Assembly: GCA_035652235.1 (NCBI GenBank)
Contig: DASREE010000040.1
Location: 4,917-68,916, forward strand
Direction: 5' to 3'
DNA: 64,000 bases
From: Gaiellaceae bacterium
Lineage (GTDB): Bacteria > Actinomycetota > Thermoleophilia > Gaiellales > Gaiellaceae
Part shown: in pieces, positions 20,588-33,113 of the stretch
Position numbering within the stretch: position 1 is the first letter of the stretch
Layout of the letters: every line of letters begins with the position of its first letter
Notes under the pieces: model-generated
Database searches by the model: none
The model's input: only the letters and a program-made list of their open reading frames with translations
What the model was told of the DNA's origin: nothing
Position numbers and translations under genes: made by a program

Positions 20588-20607
20588 TTCCGGGGAGGCA
20601 GACGCCG

Positions 20608-21654
20608 CTACCGTGGCGGGTGGATCTTGTTCAGCGTCTTCTCGGCGGCGACGAGCACCGGCACGGGGATCTTCTGGAAGAGGATCCGCGGCCCGAACTG
20701 CTGCCCCTGCGTGAGCGCGTAGAAGACGAAGCGCCGCAGCTGCGCCGCCTTCGGCGTCGTCGTGTGCAGGATGACGTAGGTGAAGGTGCAGATCGGGTAG
20801 GCGACCTTGTTCGTCTTCGGCGGGTCGACGATGTGCATCTCGTTGTTCGCCGGGATCGACTTCTTGGTGATCGTCGAGGCGGCGGCCGCGATGCCCCTGA
20901 GGCCCGGGCCGGCGAACTTCCCGGCCGCGTTCTTGACGAAGAAGAACTTCAGGTGGTTGACGAGCGCGTAGGCGATGTCCGCGTAGCCGATCGCGCCGTC
21001 CGTCTTGCTGACGACACCCGAGACGCCGGACGATCCCCTGCCGCCGACGCCGACCGGGAAGCTCGGCTGGGTGGAGACGCCGATCTTCGACTTCCACGCC
21101 GGGCTGACCTTGGACAGGTAGTCGGTGAAGTTGTACGACGTCCCGGAGCCGTCCGAGCGGTAGACGGGCGTGATGTCCGTGTTCGGGAGCTTGACCTTCG
21201 GGTTCAGGCTCTGCAGCGCCGGGTCGTTCCACTTCCTGATCCGTCCGAGGAAGATCTGCGCGAGCACGGGCCCGGTGATGTGCAGGTTGTTCGGGATGCC
21301 GCTCAGGTTGTAGATGATCGCCGTCGCGCCGAGCGCCCAGGGGATCTGGACGCAGTCGCCGCAGGCCGCGAACTGGTCGGGCGTGAGCGGGGCGTCGCTC
21401 GCGCCGAAGTCGACCGTCTTGCTCGTGATCGCCTGGATCCCGCCGCCGGAGCCGATCGGCGAGTAGACGATGTTCACGCCGGTCTTCGGCGGATAGTCCT
21501 TCTGCCACTGCGAGATGAGCGGGGCGACGAAGGTGCTGCCGGCGCCGACCAGCTGGTCGCCTGCCTTCGCGGCTCGGCCCGCGTTCGCCGCGGTCGCAGT
21601 GGCGGCGACGGCCGCGAGCAGGGCAACTCCCACCAGGGCGAATCTGCTTCTCAT
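20608..21654 (-). CDS. pstS: phosphate ABC transporter substrate-binding protein
   Basis: Signal peptide, then 'GAGSTFVAPLISQWQKDY', 'YSPIGSGGGIQAI', 'DFGASDAPL'. Shine-Dalgarno 'aagggagagag' upstream. Confidence 0.92.
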   Translation of the reverse strand: MRSRFALVGVALLAAVAATATAANAGRAAKAGDQLVGAGSTFVAPLISQWQKDYPPKTGVNIVYSPIGSGGGIQAITSKTVDFGASDAPLTPDQFAACGDCVQIPWALGATAIIYNLSGIPNNLHITGPVLAQIFLGRIRKWNDPALQSLNPKVKLPNTDITPVYRSDGSGTSYNFTDYLSKVSPAWKSKIGVSTQPSFPVGVGGRGSSGVSGVVSKTDGAIGYADIAYALVNHLKFFFVKNAAGKFAGPGLRGIAAAASTITKKSIPANNEMHIVDPPKTNKVAYPICTFTYVILHTTTPKAAQLRRFVFYALTQGQQFGPRILFQKIPVPVLVAAEKTLNKIHPPR

Positions 21655-21725
21655 CTGATCTCTCTCCCTTGTCGTCGAGGTATCGAGCCGAGCTTGCCCG
21701 CGTGCCGCCCGCGGGTGGGCTGAGC

Positions 21726-21758
21726 TTCGGTGACGGTGTGGTGACGGGCTGGTGAACC
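21726..21758 (-). promoter_or_regulatory. PHO box: three 11-bp units (GGTTCACCAGC / CCGTCACCACA / CCGTCACCGAA on the minus strand) upstream of pstS
   Basis: Exact 11-bp phasing. The first two units are almost identical to those of the pstB box. Lies between the pstA stop (21767) and the pstS start (21654). Confidence 0.75.
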
Positions 21759-21766
21759 GCGGCCGC

Positions 21767-22654
21767 TCAGCGGTGCGTCAGCTTGCGCTCGCTGCGCGCG
21801 AGGAGCGCACGCGCCGCCAGGCTCGCGACGAGGACGAAGGCCATGAGGATGAAGGCCGCCGCCCACGCCTGGTCGTTCAGCGTCTTGTCCGGCGCCTCGG
21901 AGTAGAAGAAGATCTTGTAGGGCAGGTTCGGGAGCGCCTGCGTCGGGTCGGCGACGACGCTGTTCAGGAAGATGGACGAGGTGAAGAGGATCGGGGCCGT
22001 CTCCCCGGCGGCGCGAGCAACGGCGAGCGTCGCGCCGGTGAGGATCCCGCCGCGCACGGTCGGCAGGACGACGGACAGGACCGTCCGCCAGCGGCTGACG
22101 CCGAGCGCCAGGCTCGCCTCGCGCAGCGAGTGGGGCACGAGCGCGAGCACCTCCATCGTCGAGCGCGAGACGAGGGGGAGCATGATGATCGCCAGCGCCA
22201 GCGACGCGGCGAGGCCGCTCTGGCCGTGGCCGACGACGACGAGGCCGTAGACGAAGATGCCGACCACGATCGAGGGCACGCCGTTCAGCACGTCCAGGGC
22301 GAGGCGGACGACGCGGCTGACCCGCTCGGTCGCGAACTCGGACACGTAGACGGCGACGAGCACGCCTGCGGGCAGCGCCATCGCGGTCGCGATGGCGACG
22401 ATGATCGGCGTTCCGACGAGCGCGTTGGCGATGCCACCGCCGGTCTCGCCGAAGAAGGGCTGGTTCTTGGTCAGGAGATCGAGGTTGAGCGCCGGCAGGC
22501 CGCGCAGGAGCACGGAGACGACAACGACGCCGAGCACGCCGACGGCGACGAGCGCGGCCAGCGTCGCGCCGCCCTCGGCCGCTCGGTTGACGGCCAGCCG
22601 GCGGCGCGTGCGGCCCTGCGCCCTGAGCGTCGGCGGCCGAGCGGAGTCCTCCAC
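21767..22654 (-). CDS. pstA: phosphate ABC transporter permease
   Basis: 'FFGETGGGIANALVGT', 'LNGVPSIVVGIFVYG', 'EASLALGVSRWRTVLSVVLP', 'ARAAGETAPILF'. Confidence 0.9.
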   Translation of the reverse strand: MEDSARPPTLRAQGRTRRRLAVNRAAEGGATLAALVAVGVLGVVVVSVLLRGLPALNLDLLTKNQPFFGETGGGIANALVGTPIIVAIATAMALPAGVLVAVYVSEFATERVSRVVRLALDVLNGVPSIVVGIFVYGLVVVGHGQSGLAASLALAIIMLPLVSRSTMEVLALVPHSLREASLALGVSRWRTVLSVVLPTVRGGILTGATLAVARAAGETAPILFTSSIFLNSVVADPTQALPNLPYKIFFYSEAPDKTLNDQAWAAAFILMAFVLVASLAARALLARSERKLTHR

Positions 22655-22655
22655 G

Positions 22656-23627
22656 TCAGGCTCTCCGCTCGACCTGGTAGCGGCGCACGATCGCCTGGGC
22701 GGCGACGTTGGCGACGAGCGACATCGCCAGCAGGATCACGCCCAGGTAGAAGAGCGAGCCAACCTGGAGCGTCGACACCGCGCCCTGGTACTGAGCTGCG
22801 ATCCGGCTCGCGAGCGTGTCACCCGTCTGGAAGAGGTCGGCGGTCAGGTGCGCGGTCGTGCCGATCACCTGCGTGACCGCGATCGCCTCGCCGACGGCGC
22901 GCCCGGCGCCGAGCAGCACGGCGGCGATCAGACCGCCGCGCGTGTACGGCAGCATGACGCCGCGCACCATCTCCCAGCGCGTGAGGCCGAGCCCGAGCGC
23001 ACCCTCCTTGAGGTCGCGCGGCACCTGCGAGAAGAGGTCGCGGCTGATCGCAGCCGTGATCGGCGTGATCATGATCGCGAGCACGATCACGGCCGTGAGC
23101 ATCGTGCTGCCGGAGATGGGACGGCTGGCGAAGAACGGCAGCCAGCCGAGGGCACCGTTCAGCCAGGGGCCGAGCTGGTCGTGGACGACGGGCCCGAGCA
23201 CGAGGATGCCCCACAGCCCGAGGACGACGCTCGGGATGGCGGCGAGCATCTCGACGAGCGGCCCGACGACCCGGCGCACCGCCCGCGGGGCGAGCTCGCT
23301 CAGGTACAGGCCGATCGCGATCGCCACCGGCCCCGCGACGAAGAGGGCGAAGCCGGTCGTGTACACCGTCCCGACGACGAAGTCGAGCGCCCCGAAGCGG
23401 TTCGTAACCGCGTCCCAGCTCTGGTGCCAGAGGAAGGAGAGACCGAACCGGCTGAGGGCGGGCCGGGCACCGTCCACGACCTTGTACACGATCAGCCCGA
23501 TCAGGCAGACGGAGCCGGCGGCCGCCGCCCCGGTCAGCCAGCGGAAGGCGACGTCGCCGACGCGGTCGCGCTGCCTGCGACGAGAGTCGAGGGCGCGCGC
23601 CGGCTGCGAAGCGGGCGAGGCTTCCAC
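22656..23627 (-). CDS. pstC: phosphate ABC transporter permease
   Basis: '[13 protein letters not shown]', '[33 protein letters not shown]', '[20 protein letters not shown]'. One nt separates it from pstA. Confidence 0.9.
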   Translation of the reverse strand: MEASPASQPARALDSRRRQRDRVGDVAFRWLTGAAAAGSVCLIGLIVYKVVDGARPALSRFGLSFLWHQSWDAVTNRFGALDFVVGTVYTTGFALFVAGPVAIAIGLYLSELAPRAVRRVVGPLVEMLAAIPSVVLGLWGILVLGPVVHDQLGPWLNGALGWLPFFASRPISGSTMLTAVIVLAIMITPITAAISRDLFSQVPRDLKEGALGLGLTRWEMVRGVMLPYTRGGLIAAVLLGAGRAVGEAIAVTQVIGTTAHLTADLFQTGDTLASRIAAQYQGAVSTLQVGSLFYLGVILLAMSLVANVAAQAIVRRYQVERRA

Positions 23628-23666
23628 GGCGCCAGCATCGCCGGCGCCGGCCAGGACCGCCAGGGT

Positions 23667-23699
23667 GGTTCACCAGACCGTCACCTGATGTTCACACCA
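23667..23699 (+). promoter_or_regulatory. PHO box: three 11-bp units (GGTTCACCAGA / CCGTCACCTGA / TGTTCACACCA) in the pstC/pstB divergent region
   Basis: Read directly with exact 11-bp phasing, oriented toward pstB (GTG 23741). Confidence 0.75.
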
Positions 23700-23740
23700 T
23701 CTCGACCCCCCGCGCACGAGGCGGCGGCCACACTCGCCTG

Positions 23741-24580
<840 letters not shown>

Positions 24581-24623
24581 GCAGGAGCGCCTGGCCGGAG
24601 CTCCGGTCCAGGGCGGCGCCGCC

Positions 24624-25334
24624 GTGCGCACGCCGAGGGCGGCCGCGGCCGTGAGGATCTCCTTCCAGGAGGAGCTCGACCGGCTCGGTTCCGCCATCGA
24701 CGAGGAGGGGGGTCTCGTCCTGCGGGCGCTGCGGGCGGCGCTGTCCGCGCTCGAGGCGCACGACCTCGCCCTCGCGGACGAGGTGATCGCCTTCGACGAC
24801 GAGATCGACCGCCGTTACGTGGAGATCGAGCGCGGGATCGAGTCGCTGCTCGCACGCCAGACGCCGGTCGCGGTCGACCTCAGGCTCGTGCTCGCGATGC
24901 TGCACATCAACCTGCACCTCGAGCGCATGGGCGACTACTGCGTGACCGTGGCGAAGCTGCTCAAGCTGTCCGAAGGGCTCACGGAGGAGCGCCGCCTGCT
25001 CGAGTCGATCGCCGAGATGGGCGACCGCTGCGAGGAGATGATCCGCGTCGCCCTCGGCTCGTTCGCCGCCCGCGACATCGAGGCGGCGACGTCGCTCGTC
25101 GAGCTGGACGAGCTCGTCGACCGGGTGAACCGCCGCGCCGTGCACCGCATCCTCGAGCTGGCCGGCGATCCCTCCGCGCACGAGTGGGGCCTGCGCATGC
25201 TGATCGCCTCGCGCTGCCTGGAGCGGATCGGCGACCACGCCGTCGACATCGGCGAGCAGACCGCCTACCTCGTCTCCGGCGAGTTCCGCGAGTTCACCGA
25301 CGCCTCGCGACCCGAGTCCGCGCTCGGCGGCTAG
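24624..25334 (+). CDS. phoU: phosphate signalling accessory protein PhoU
   Basis: 'DDEIDRRYVEIERGIESLLARQTPVAVDLRLVLAMLHINLHLERMGDYC' and a second repeat 'LERIGDHAVDIGE'. Start uncertain (GTG 24624 or GTG 24651). Confidence 0.88.
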   Translation: MRTPRAAAAVRISFQEELDRLGSAIDEEGGLVLRALRAALSALEAHDLALADEVIAFDDEIDRRYVEIERGIESLLARQTPVAVDLRLVLAMLHINLHLERMGDYCVTVAKLLKLSEGLTEERRLLESIAEMGDRCEEMIRVALGSFAARDIEAATSLVELDELVDRVNRRAVHRILELAGDPSAHEWGLRMLIASRCLERIGDHAVDIGEQTAYLVSGEFREFTDASRPESALGG

Positions 25335-25405
25335 CCCTGCCGAGCGCGGGGGGCCGCCGGGGAGCGAACGTCCGCCGACGTCCCGGCGCCTCCGAGCGGA
25401 CTACG

Positions 25406-26476
25406 ATGCCGGCCGTGCCTCGCCGTCTGCTCGCCGCCGCGGCGCTCGCCGCGGCCGCCTGCGCGCCCGCCGCCGCCGGAGCGCGGGGCGCCGCCGGAGG
25501 ACCGGGCGCCGCCGCGTCGCGGCCGGTCGGGATCGTCTGGGTCGGAGACATCGCCATGGCGCCCGCGGCAGACGGCGGCGCCTCCTTCTTCCCCGCCTCC
25601 GTGCGCCGGCAGCTGCGCGGCGACGTGGTCGCCGGCAACCTGGAGGGGACGCTCGCGACCGGCGGCTCGTCCAAGTGCGGCCCGGCGAGCAGCGACTGCT
25701 ACGCCTTCCGCGCTCCCCCCTCGTACGCGCGCCTGCTGCGACGGGCCGGCTTCACGCTCGTGAACCTCGCCAACAACCACGCCGCCGACTACGGCCCGGT
25801 TGGGCAGGCGGAGACGCTCGCGGCCCTCGGTGCCGCGCACCTGCGCTCGACCGGCCGCCCCGGCGAGATCACGGTCGTGCGGGCCGGCCGGACGCGCGTC
25901 GCCGTGCTCGGCTTCGCGCCGTACGCGTGGGCGCAGAGCCTGACCGACATCGCGGCGGCGAAGCGCCTCGTCCGGGCAGCCGCCGCGCGCGCCGACCTCG
26001 TCGTCTGCGTCATGCACGCCGGTGCAGAAGGCGCCGACCGCCAGCACGTCCATCCGGGCAGCGAGGAGTTCCTCGGTGAAGACCGCGGCGACCCGATCGC
26101 GTTCGCCCACGCCGTCGTCGACGCGGGGGCCGACCTCGTCGTCGGCTCGGGGCCGCACGTCCTGCGCGGCATGGAGTGGTACCGCGGGCGCCTGATCGCC
26201 TACAGCCTCGGCAACTTCCTCGGCAACGGCACGCTCTCGACCGGCGGCGTCCTCGGCGTGAGCGGCATCCTGCGGGTCGAGCTGCGGCCGAGCGGCGCCT
26301 GGCTGCGTGGACGCCTCGTCGGCGTGCGCCTGCTCGCGCCGGGCGTCCCGCGGGTCGATCCCGACGACACCGCCGTCCGCCTCGTCCGCGACCTGTCCCG
26401 TGAGGACTTCGGCCGGAACGGGATGCGCCTGGCGGGGACGGGCCGCCTCGCGCCGCCCGCCTGGCTCACCGGCTAG
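25406..26476 (+). CDS. CapA/PgsA-family protein (secreted metallophosphoesterase-fold protein)
   Basis: 3' part of ORF 25184..26476 from ATG 25406. Signal or lipoprotein-like '[20 protein letters not shown]'. 'FTLVNLANNHAADYG', 'VVCVMHAGAEG', 'DLVVGSGPHVLRGMEWYRGRLIAYSLGNF'. Confidence 0.8.
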   Translation: MPAVPRRLLAAAALAAAACAPAAAGARGAAGGPGAAASRPVGIVWVGDIAMAPAADGGASFFPASVRRQLRGDVVAGNLEGTLATGGSSKCGPASSDCYAFRAPPSYARLLRRAGFTLVNLANNHAADYGPVGQAETLAALGAAHLRSTGRPGEITVVRAGRTRVAVLGFAPYAWAQSLTDIAAAKRLVRAAAARADLVVCVMHAGAEGADRQHVHPGSEEFLGEDRGDPIAFAHAVVDAGADLVVGSGPHVLRGMEWYRGRLIAYSLGNFLGNGTLSTGGVLGVSGILRVELRPSGAWLRGRLVGVRLLAPGVPRVDPDDTAVRLVRDLSREDFGRNGMRLAGTGRLAPPAWLTG

Positions 26477-26993
26477 ACGGCGAGCGCGTCGCCAGGCGGT
26501 AGCCGCGCTCGAACAGCGCCAGCGTGCCCGGCCCGTAGAGGACGGCCACGACCCGGTGGCGGCGGTCGAGGAACAAGGTCGTCGGGGTGCCGGTCGCCTG
26601 CAGGCGGTGGACGAGACGATCGCGCGGGTCGAAGATGCTCGGGAAGCGGGTGCCGTAGCGGCGGGCGAAGCTGCGCGCGCCCGCCTTCGAGTCCTCGACG
26701 TCGATCCCGAGCAGCGAGCGCGGGTGCCGGGCGAGGAAGCGGGCGAGCTCGCGCGCCTCGCGGCGGCACGGTGAGCACCACGAGCCCCACAGGTTGAGGA
26801 GGAGCGGCCTCCCCCGCCACTGCGCCAGGCTCACCCGCTTCCCGGTCACCGGGTCGATTCCCGCCAGCGGAGGGACGGCCCGGCCGCTCCCGGGCACGAG
26901 CTGGCCGAGCTGCGATCGTGCGCCCGCCGCGGGCGACGCGAGAGCGAGCGAGGCCGCGGCGGCGGCGAGCAGGGCCGGGGGGCGCAGGGACAC
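26466..26993 (-). CDS. TlpA/ResA-like thiol-disulfide oxidoreductase (thioredoxin fold, exported)
   Basis: Signal peptide, then 'RPLLLNLWGSWCSPCRREA'. The 3' end overlaps the capA-like 3' end by 11 nt (convergent). Confidence 0.85.
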   Translation of the reverse strand: MSLRPPALLAAAAASLALASPAAGARSQLGQLVPGSGRAVPPLAGIDPVTGKRVSLAQWRGRPLLLNLWGSWCSPCRREARELARFLARHPRSLLGIDVEDSKAGARSFARRYGTRFPSIFDPRDRLVHRLQATGTPTTLFLDRRHRVVAVLYGPGTLALFERGYRLATRSPSSR

Positions 26994-27000
26994 ACGAACA

Positions 27001-27032
27001 GGCTCGCGGCGCTCAGAGGCTCGCGGCGCTCC
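27001..27032. repeat. tandem duplication of 15-mer AGGCTCGCGGCGCTC (17-bp period) immediately upstream of the tlpA-like start
   Basis: Copies at 27001-27015 and 27018-27032, identical. Confidence 0.9.
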
Positions 27033-27085
27033 GCCGGACTGCCCCCTTGCACCAGGCTGTTCCTTACCTCGAAACAGTGTGTTCC

Positions 27086-27117
27086 TTGGCTTCCCGCCGC
27101 ACTTGGCTTCCCGCCGG
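27086..27117. repeat. tandem duplication of 15-mer CTTGGCTTCCCGCCG (17-bp period)
   Basis: Copies at 27086-27100 and 27103-27117, identical. Same intergenic region as the previous repeat. Confidence 0.9.
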
Positions 27118-27118
27118 G

Positions 27119-27939
27119 CTACGAGCCGAGCGTCCGCTCCAGGGCGCGGCGGACGAGCACGCGTGCGAGATGCCGACGGTAGTCGGCGCTTGCGGCGACG
27201 TCGCTCGGCGGATCGGCTCCCTCGTCGGCCCGCTCGGCCGCGGCCCTCGGATCGGCGCCCGAGGCGAGCGCCTCCTCGACCGCCCGCGCCCGGAGCGGCG
27301 TCCCGCCCATGCTGATCAGCGCCACCTTGGCGCCGCCGTTTGCCCGCACCGCCGCCACGCCGACCGTCGCCCAGTCCTGCGCCCGCCGGCTGAACTTCTC
27401 GAACGCCCAGCCCGCTCCGCCGAGCTTGGGCACGCGGATCTCCGTCAGCACGTCCTGTGGCCCGAGCGCCGTCTCGAACACGCCGGTGAAGAACTCCGCC
27501 GCCGGGATCCGCCGCTCGCCGTCCGGGCCGGCGACGACCAGCTCCGCGTCGAGCGCGAGCAGGACGCCGGGCGCGTCCGAGGCGGGGTCGCCGTGGCTGA
27601 CGGAGCCGCCGATCGTGCCCCGGTGGCGCACCTGCGGATCGCCGATCTGCCCGGCCGCGTGCGCGAGGATGGGACAGTGCCGCTCGAGCACGGGGCTCGT
27701 CGCGACGTCGTGGTGGCGCGTCAGCGCGCCGATGGCGACCTGGTCGCCGTCCTCGCGGACGTAGCGGAGGCCCTCGACCCGCCCGAGGTCGATGAGCGTC
27801 CCCGGCCGGGCCAGCCTGATCCGCATGGCCGGGATGAGCGAATGGCCTCCGGCCAGCAGCTTCGCGTCCTCGCGCTCGCCGAGCAGCCGCACCGCCTCCT
27901 CGACCGACCTCGCCACCTCGTACTCGAACGGAGCTGGAA

Positions 27940-27943
<4 letters not shown>
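27119..27943 (-). CDS. FAD-binding medium subunit of a xanthine dehydrogenase/CoxM-family molybdenum hydroxylase
   Basis: ORF 27119..28258 trimmed to ATG 27943 (ATGA overlap with the large-subunit stop). 'KLLAGGHSLIPAMRIRLARP', 'HRGTIGGSVSHGDPASD'. Confidence 0.88.
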
Positions 27944-30303
<2,360 letters not shown>

Positions 30304-30304
30304 G

Positions 30305-30763
<459 letters not shown>

Positions 30764-30876
30764 CGATCCCCCTTCCGCGTGGACACGCGAGGATACCCCG
30801 GCCCGGCCCTGCCTGCCAAGCGGGAGCCGGCGCCCTCCGGCCCCGTCGAACGGATGTCACCTGGGGTCTGATCGTG

Positions 30877-32085
30877 TCAGCGGCGCGCCGACGTGAGCAG
30901 CGATCCGGCGTCCAGGCCGCGGATGGAGGCGTCGACGAGCTCGACGGGGTGCACGGCGGGGATGCGCCGGCCGGCGCGGCGAAGGGCAGCCGAGACCTGC
31001 ACCAGGCAGCCCGGGTTCGCGCTCGCGTACACCTGCGGCCGGGTGGCCGCGACGTTCGCCGCCTTGCGGTCGCCGAGCTTCCGCGCCGCTGCGGGCTGGA
31101 CGAGGTTGTAGATGCCCGCGCTCCCGCAGCAGATCGCCTGCTCCGCCGGCTCGACGAGCTCGAGCCCGGGAATCGCCCGCAGCGTCTCGCGCGGTTGCGC
31201 CTCGAGCTGCTGGGCGTGGCGGAGGTGACACGCGTCCTGGAACGCGACGCGGAGCGGAAGCGGCCGGCGCTCCGCCCGCGGCGCGAGCTCGGCGAGCACC
31301 TCGCTCACGTCGCGCACGGGCAGGTCGAGGCCGGCCTCCTTCAGGTGCGATCCGCAGCCGGCCGCGTTGACGACGAGCACGTCGACGCCGCTGGCGCGGA
31401 AGAGCGCGGCGATCGCCCGCGCCCGCTCCCGCCCGGCGCCGACACGACCGGCGTGGTGGTGCAGCGCGCCACAGCACGGTTGGCCCGGCGGCGCCACCAC
31501 CTCGCAGCCCTCGGCCGCCAGCACCCGCGCGGTCGCCGCGTTCACGTCGCCGAAGAGGACGCTCTGGACGCATCCCGTCAGCAGGCCGACCCGCGCACGC
31601 CGCTCGCCAAGAGCGGGCGTCAGGGCAGCCGGGCCAGCCGTCGCGCGCCACGGCGGCGCCAGCTCGGCGAGCGGCCGCAGGAACCCCGGCAGCGGCAGCT
31701 TTCGCCCGAACGGCGCGAGCGCGAGCGCCAGCCGCAGCCTGGACGGGTACGGGAAGACGGCGAAGACGAGCCGGCGCAGGAGCCAGTCGTCCGGCCGGCG
31801 CTGGTAGCGCTCCTCGACGAGCACACGCGTCTCGTCGAGCAGCCGGTCGTAGCGCACGCCCGACGGGCAGGCGGTCATGCACGCCATGCAGCCGAGACAG
31901 CGGTCGAAGTGCGCGACGGTCGTGTCGGTGAGCTCGACGGTGCCCTCGACGAGCCCCTTCATCAACCAGATCCGCCCGCGCGGAGAGTCCATCTCCTGCT
32001 GCCAGAGCGGGCCGTAGGTCGGGCAGGTGGGTAGGCAGAAGCCGCAGTGGACGCAGTCCTCGATCAGAGCCGGGTCGATGCTCAC
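30877..32085 (-). CDS. glcF: glycolate oxidase iron-sulfur subunit
   Basis: 3' 402 codons of ORF 30877..32574 from GTG 32085. 'CVHCGFCLPTCPTY', 'CLGCMACMTACPSGV' and two CCG motifs ('PCCGA', 'ICCGSAG'). Confidence 0.85.
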   Translation of the reverse strand: MSIDPALIEDCVHCGFCLPTCPTYGPLWQQEMDSPRGRIWLMKGLVEGTVELTDTTVAHFDRCLGCMACMTACPSGVRYDRLLDETRVLVEERYQRRPDDWLLRRLVFAVFPYPSRLRLALALAPFGRKLPLPGFLRPLAELAPPWRATAGPAALTPALGERRARVGLLTGCVQSVLFGDVNAATARVLAAEGCEVVAPPGQPCCGALHHHAGRVGAGRERARAIAALFRASGVDVLVVNAAGCGSHLKEAGLDLPVRDVSEVLAELAPRAERRPLPLRVAFQDACHLRHAQQLEAQPRETLRAIPGLELVEPAEQAICCGSAGIYNLVQPAAARKLGDRKAANVAATRPQVYASANPGCLVQVSAALRRAGRRIPAVHPVELVDASIRGLDAGSLLTSARR

Positions 32086-32183
32086 GACCGGCCGCGCTCC
32101 CGGCCAGGCCTGTCCGGCGCAGCAATCGTGCCGACGACGGGCGGGGCAGCGCAGGGGTTCCCCACCATCGCCCCGGCCCGCAC

Positions 32184-33113
32184 CTAGACGAGCACCCCAG
32201 CCGGGTCGAACGCCGCCCGGATCCGCTCGACGAGGGCGATCTCGACCGGATCGCGCGGGTCGGGGGGCTCGGGCGCGACGGTGTGGGCGACCCCCGCGCC
32301 GACGCACGCGACCGCGCGCTCGTAGCGCGGCAGGACGTCCGGGATCGAGCCGAGGGTGACGGGGACGCGTCCGGCGGCGAGCGGACGGCAGTCGTCGACC
32401 GCCCCCCACGCCTGCTCGTCCGCGCCACCCACGAGCGAGCGGGCCGTCTCGAGCTGGGCGCCGACCGCGCGGGCGCTCCCCTCGAAGAGGACGAGGAGGT
32501 CGCATCCCGGCCAGGTGAGGTCGAGCGCCGACGGCTCGAGCGACGAGCGCACGATCGCCCGAGCCTTCGCGCACGCCTCCTGCAGCGTGCCCGACCGCAC
32601 CCGCAGCGCCCGGCTCGCCTCCGGCACCGGCGAGAGACGGAGCGCGATCCGCCCGACCAGGCCGAGCAGACCCCGGGAGCCGCAGAACAGCTTCGCGAGG
32701 TCGTACCCGGCGACGTTCTTCACCACCTTGCCTCCCGAGCTCGCAACCGTACCGTCGCCGAGGACGACGGTCGCGCCGATGACAAGATCGCGCATCGTGC
32801 CGTGGCGGTGCCGGCGCGGCCCGGACAGGTCGCCGGCAAGGCAGGCGCCGACCGTCGGATCGCCGCTCGGATCGAGCGGCAGCCGCTGCCCGAACGGCCG
32901 CAGGCGCTCGTTCAGCTCGGACAGCCGCAGCCCCGCCTCGACGACGCAGGTGAGATCGCCCGGCTCGTGCTCCAGGATGCGGTCGAGCCTCGCTGTCCGC
33001 AGCTCAACCTCGCCCCCTGCCCGCTCGATCGACACCGTCCGGCCCCGGGCCGAGGCCTCGCGCAGCAGGGCGGAGGCCTCCGCCAGCGAGGCGACCTCAC
33101 AGACGCTCGGCAA
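32184..33113 (-). CDS. glcE: glycolate oxidase FAD-binding subunit
   Basis: 3' part of ORF 32184..33683. 'GGKVVKNVAGYDLAKLFCGSRGLLGLVGRIALRL'. No ATG or GTG is available near the expected N-terminus. TTG 33113 (17-nt overlap with glcD) is my best guess. Confidence 0.75.
   Translation of the reverse strand: MPSVCEVASLAEASALLREASARGRTVSIERAGGEVELRTARLDRILEHEPGDLTCVVEAGLRLSELNERLRPFGQRLPLDPSGDPTVGACLAGDLSGPRRHRHGTMRDLVIGATVVLGDGTVASSGGKVVKNVAGYDLAKLFCGSRGLLGLVGRIALRLSPVPEASRALRVRSGTLQEACAKARAIVRSSLEPSALDLTWPGCDLLVLFEGSARAVGAQLETARSLVGGADEQAWGAVDDCRPLAAGRVPVTLGSIPDVLPRYERAVACVGAGVAHTVAPEPPDPRDPVEIALVERIRAAFDPAGVLV

Noticed and set aside
26994-27118. Short tandem repeats here and at 59046-59143, considered as a possible CRISPR array.
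   Set aside because: There are only two copies each, with 2-4-nt spacers instead of about 30-nt unique spacers, and no cas genes in the window.
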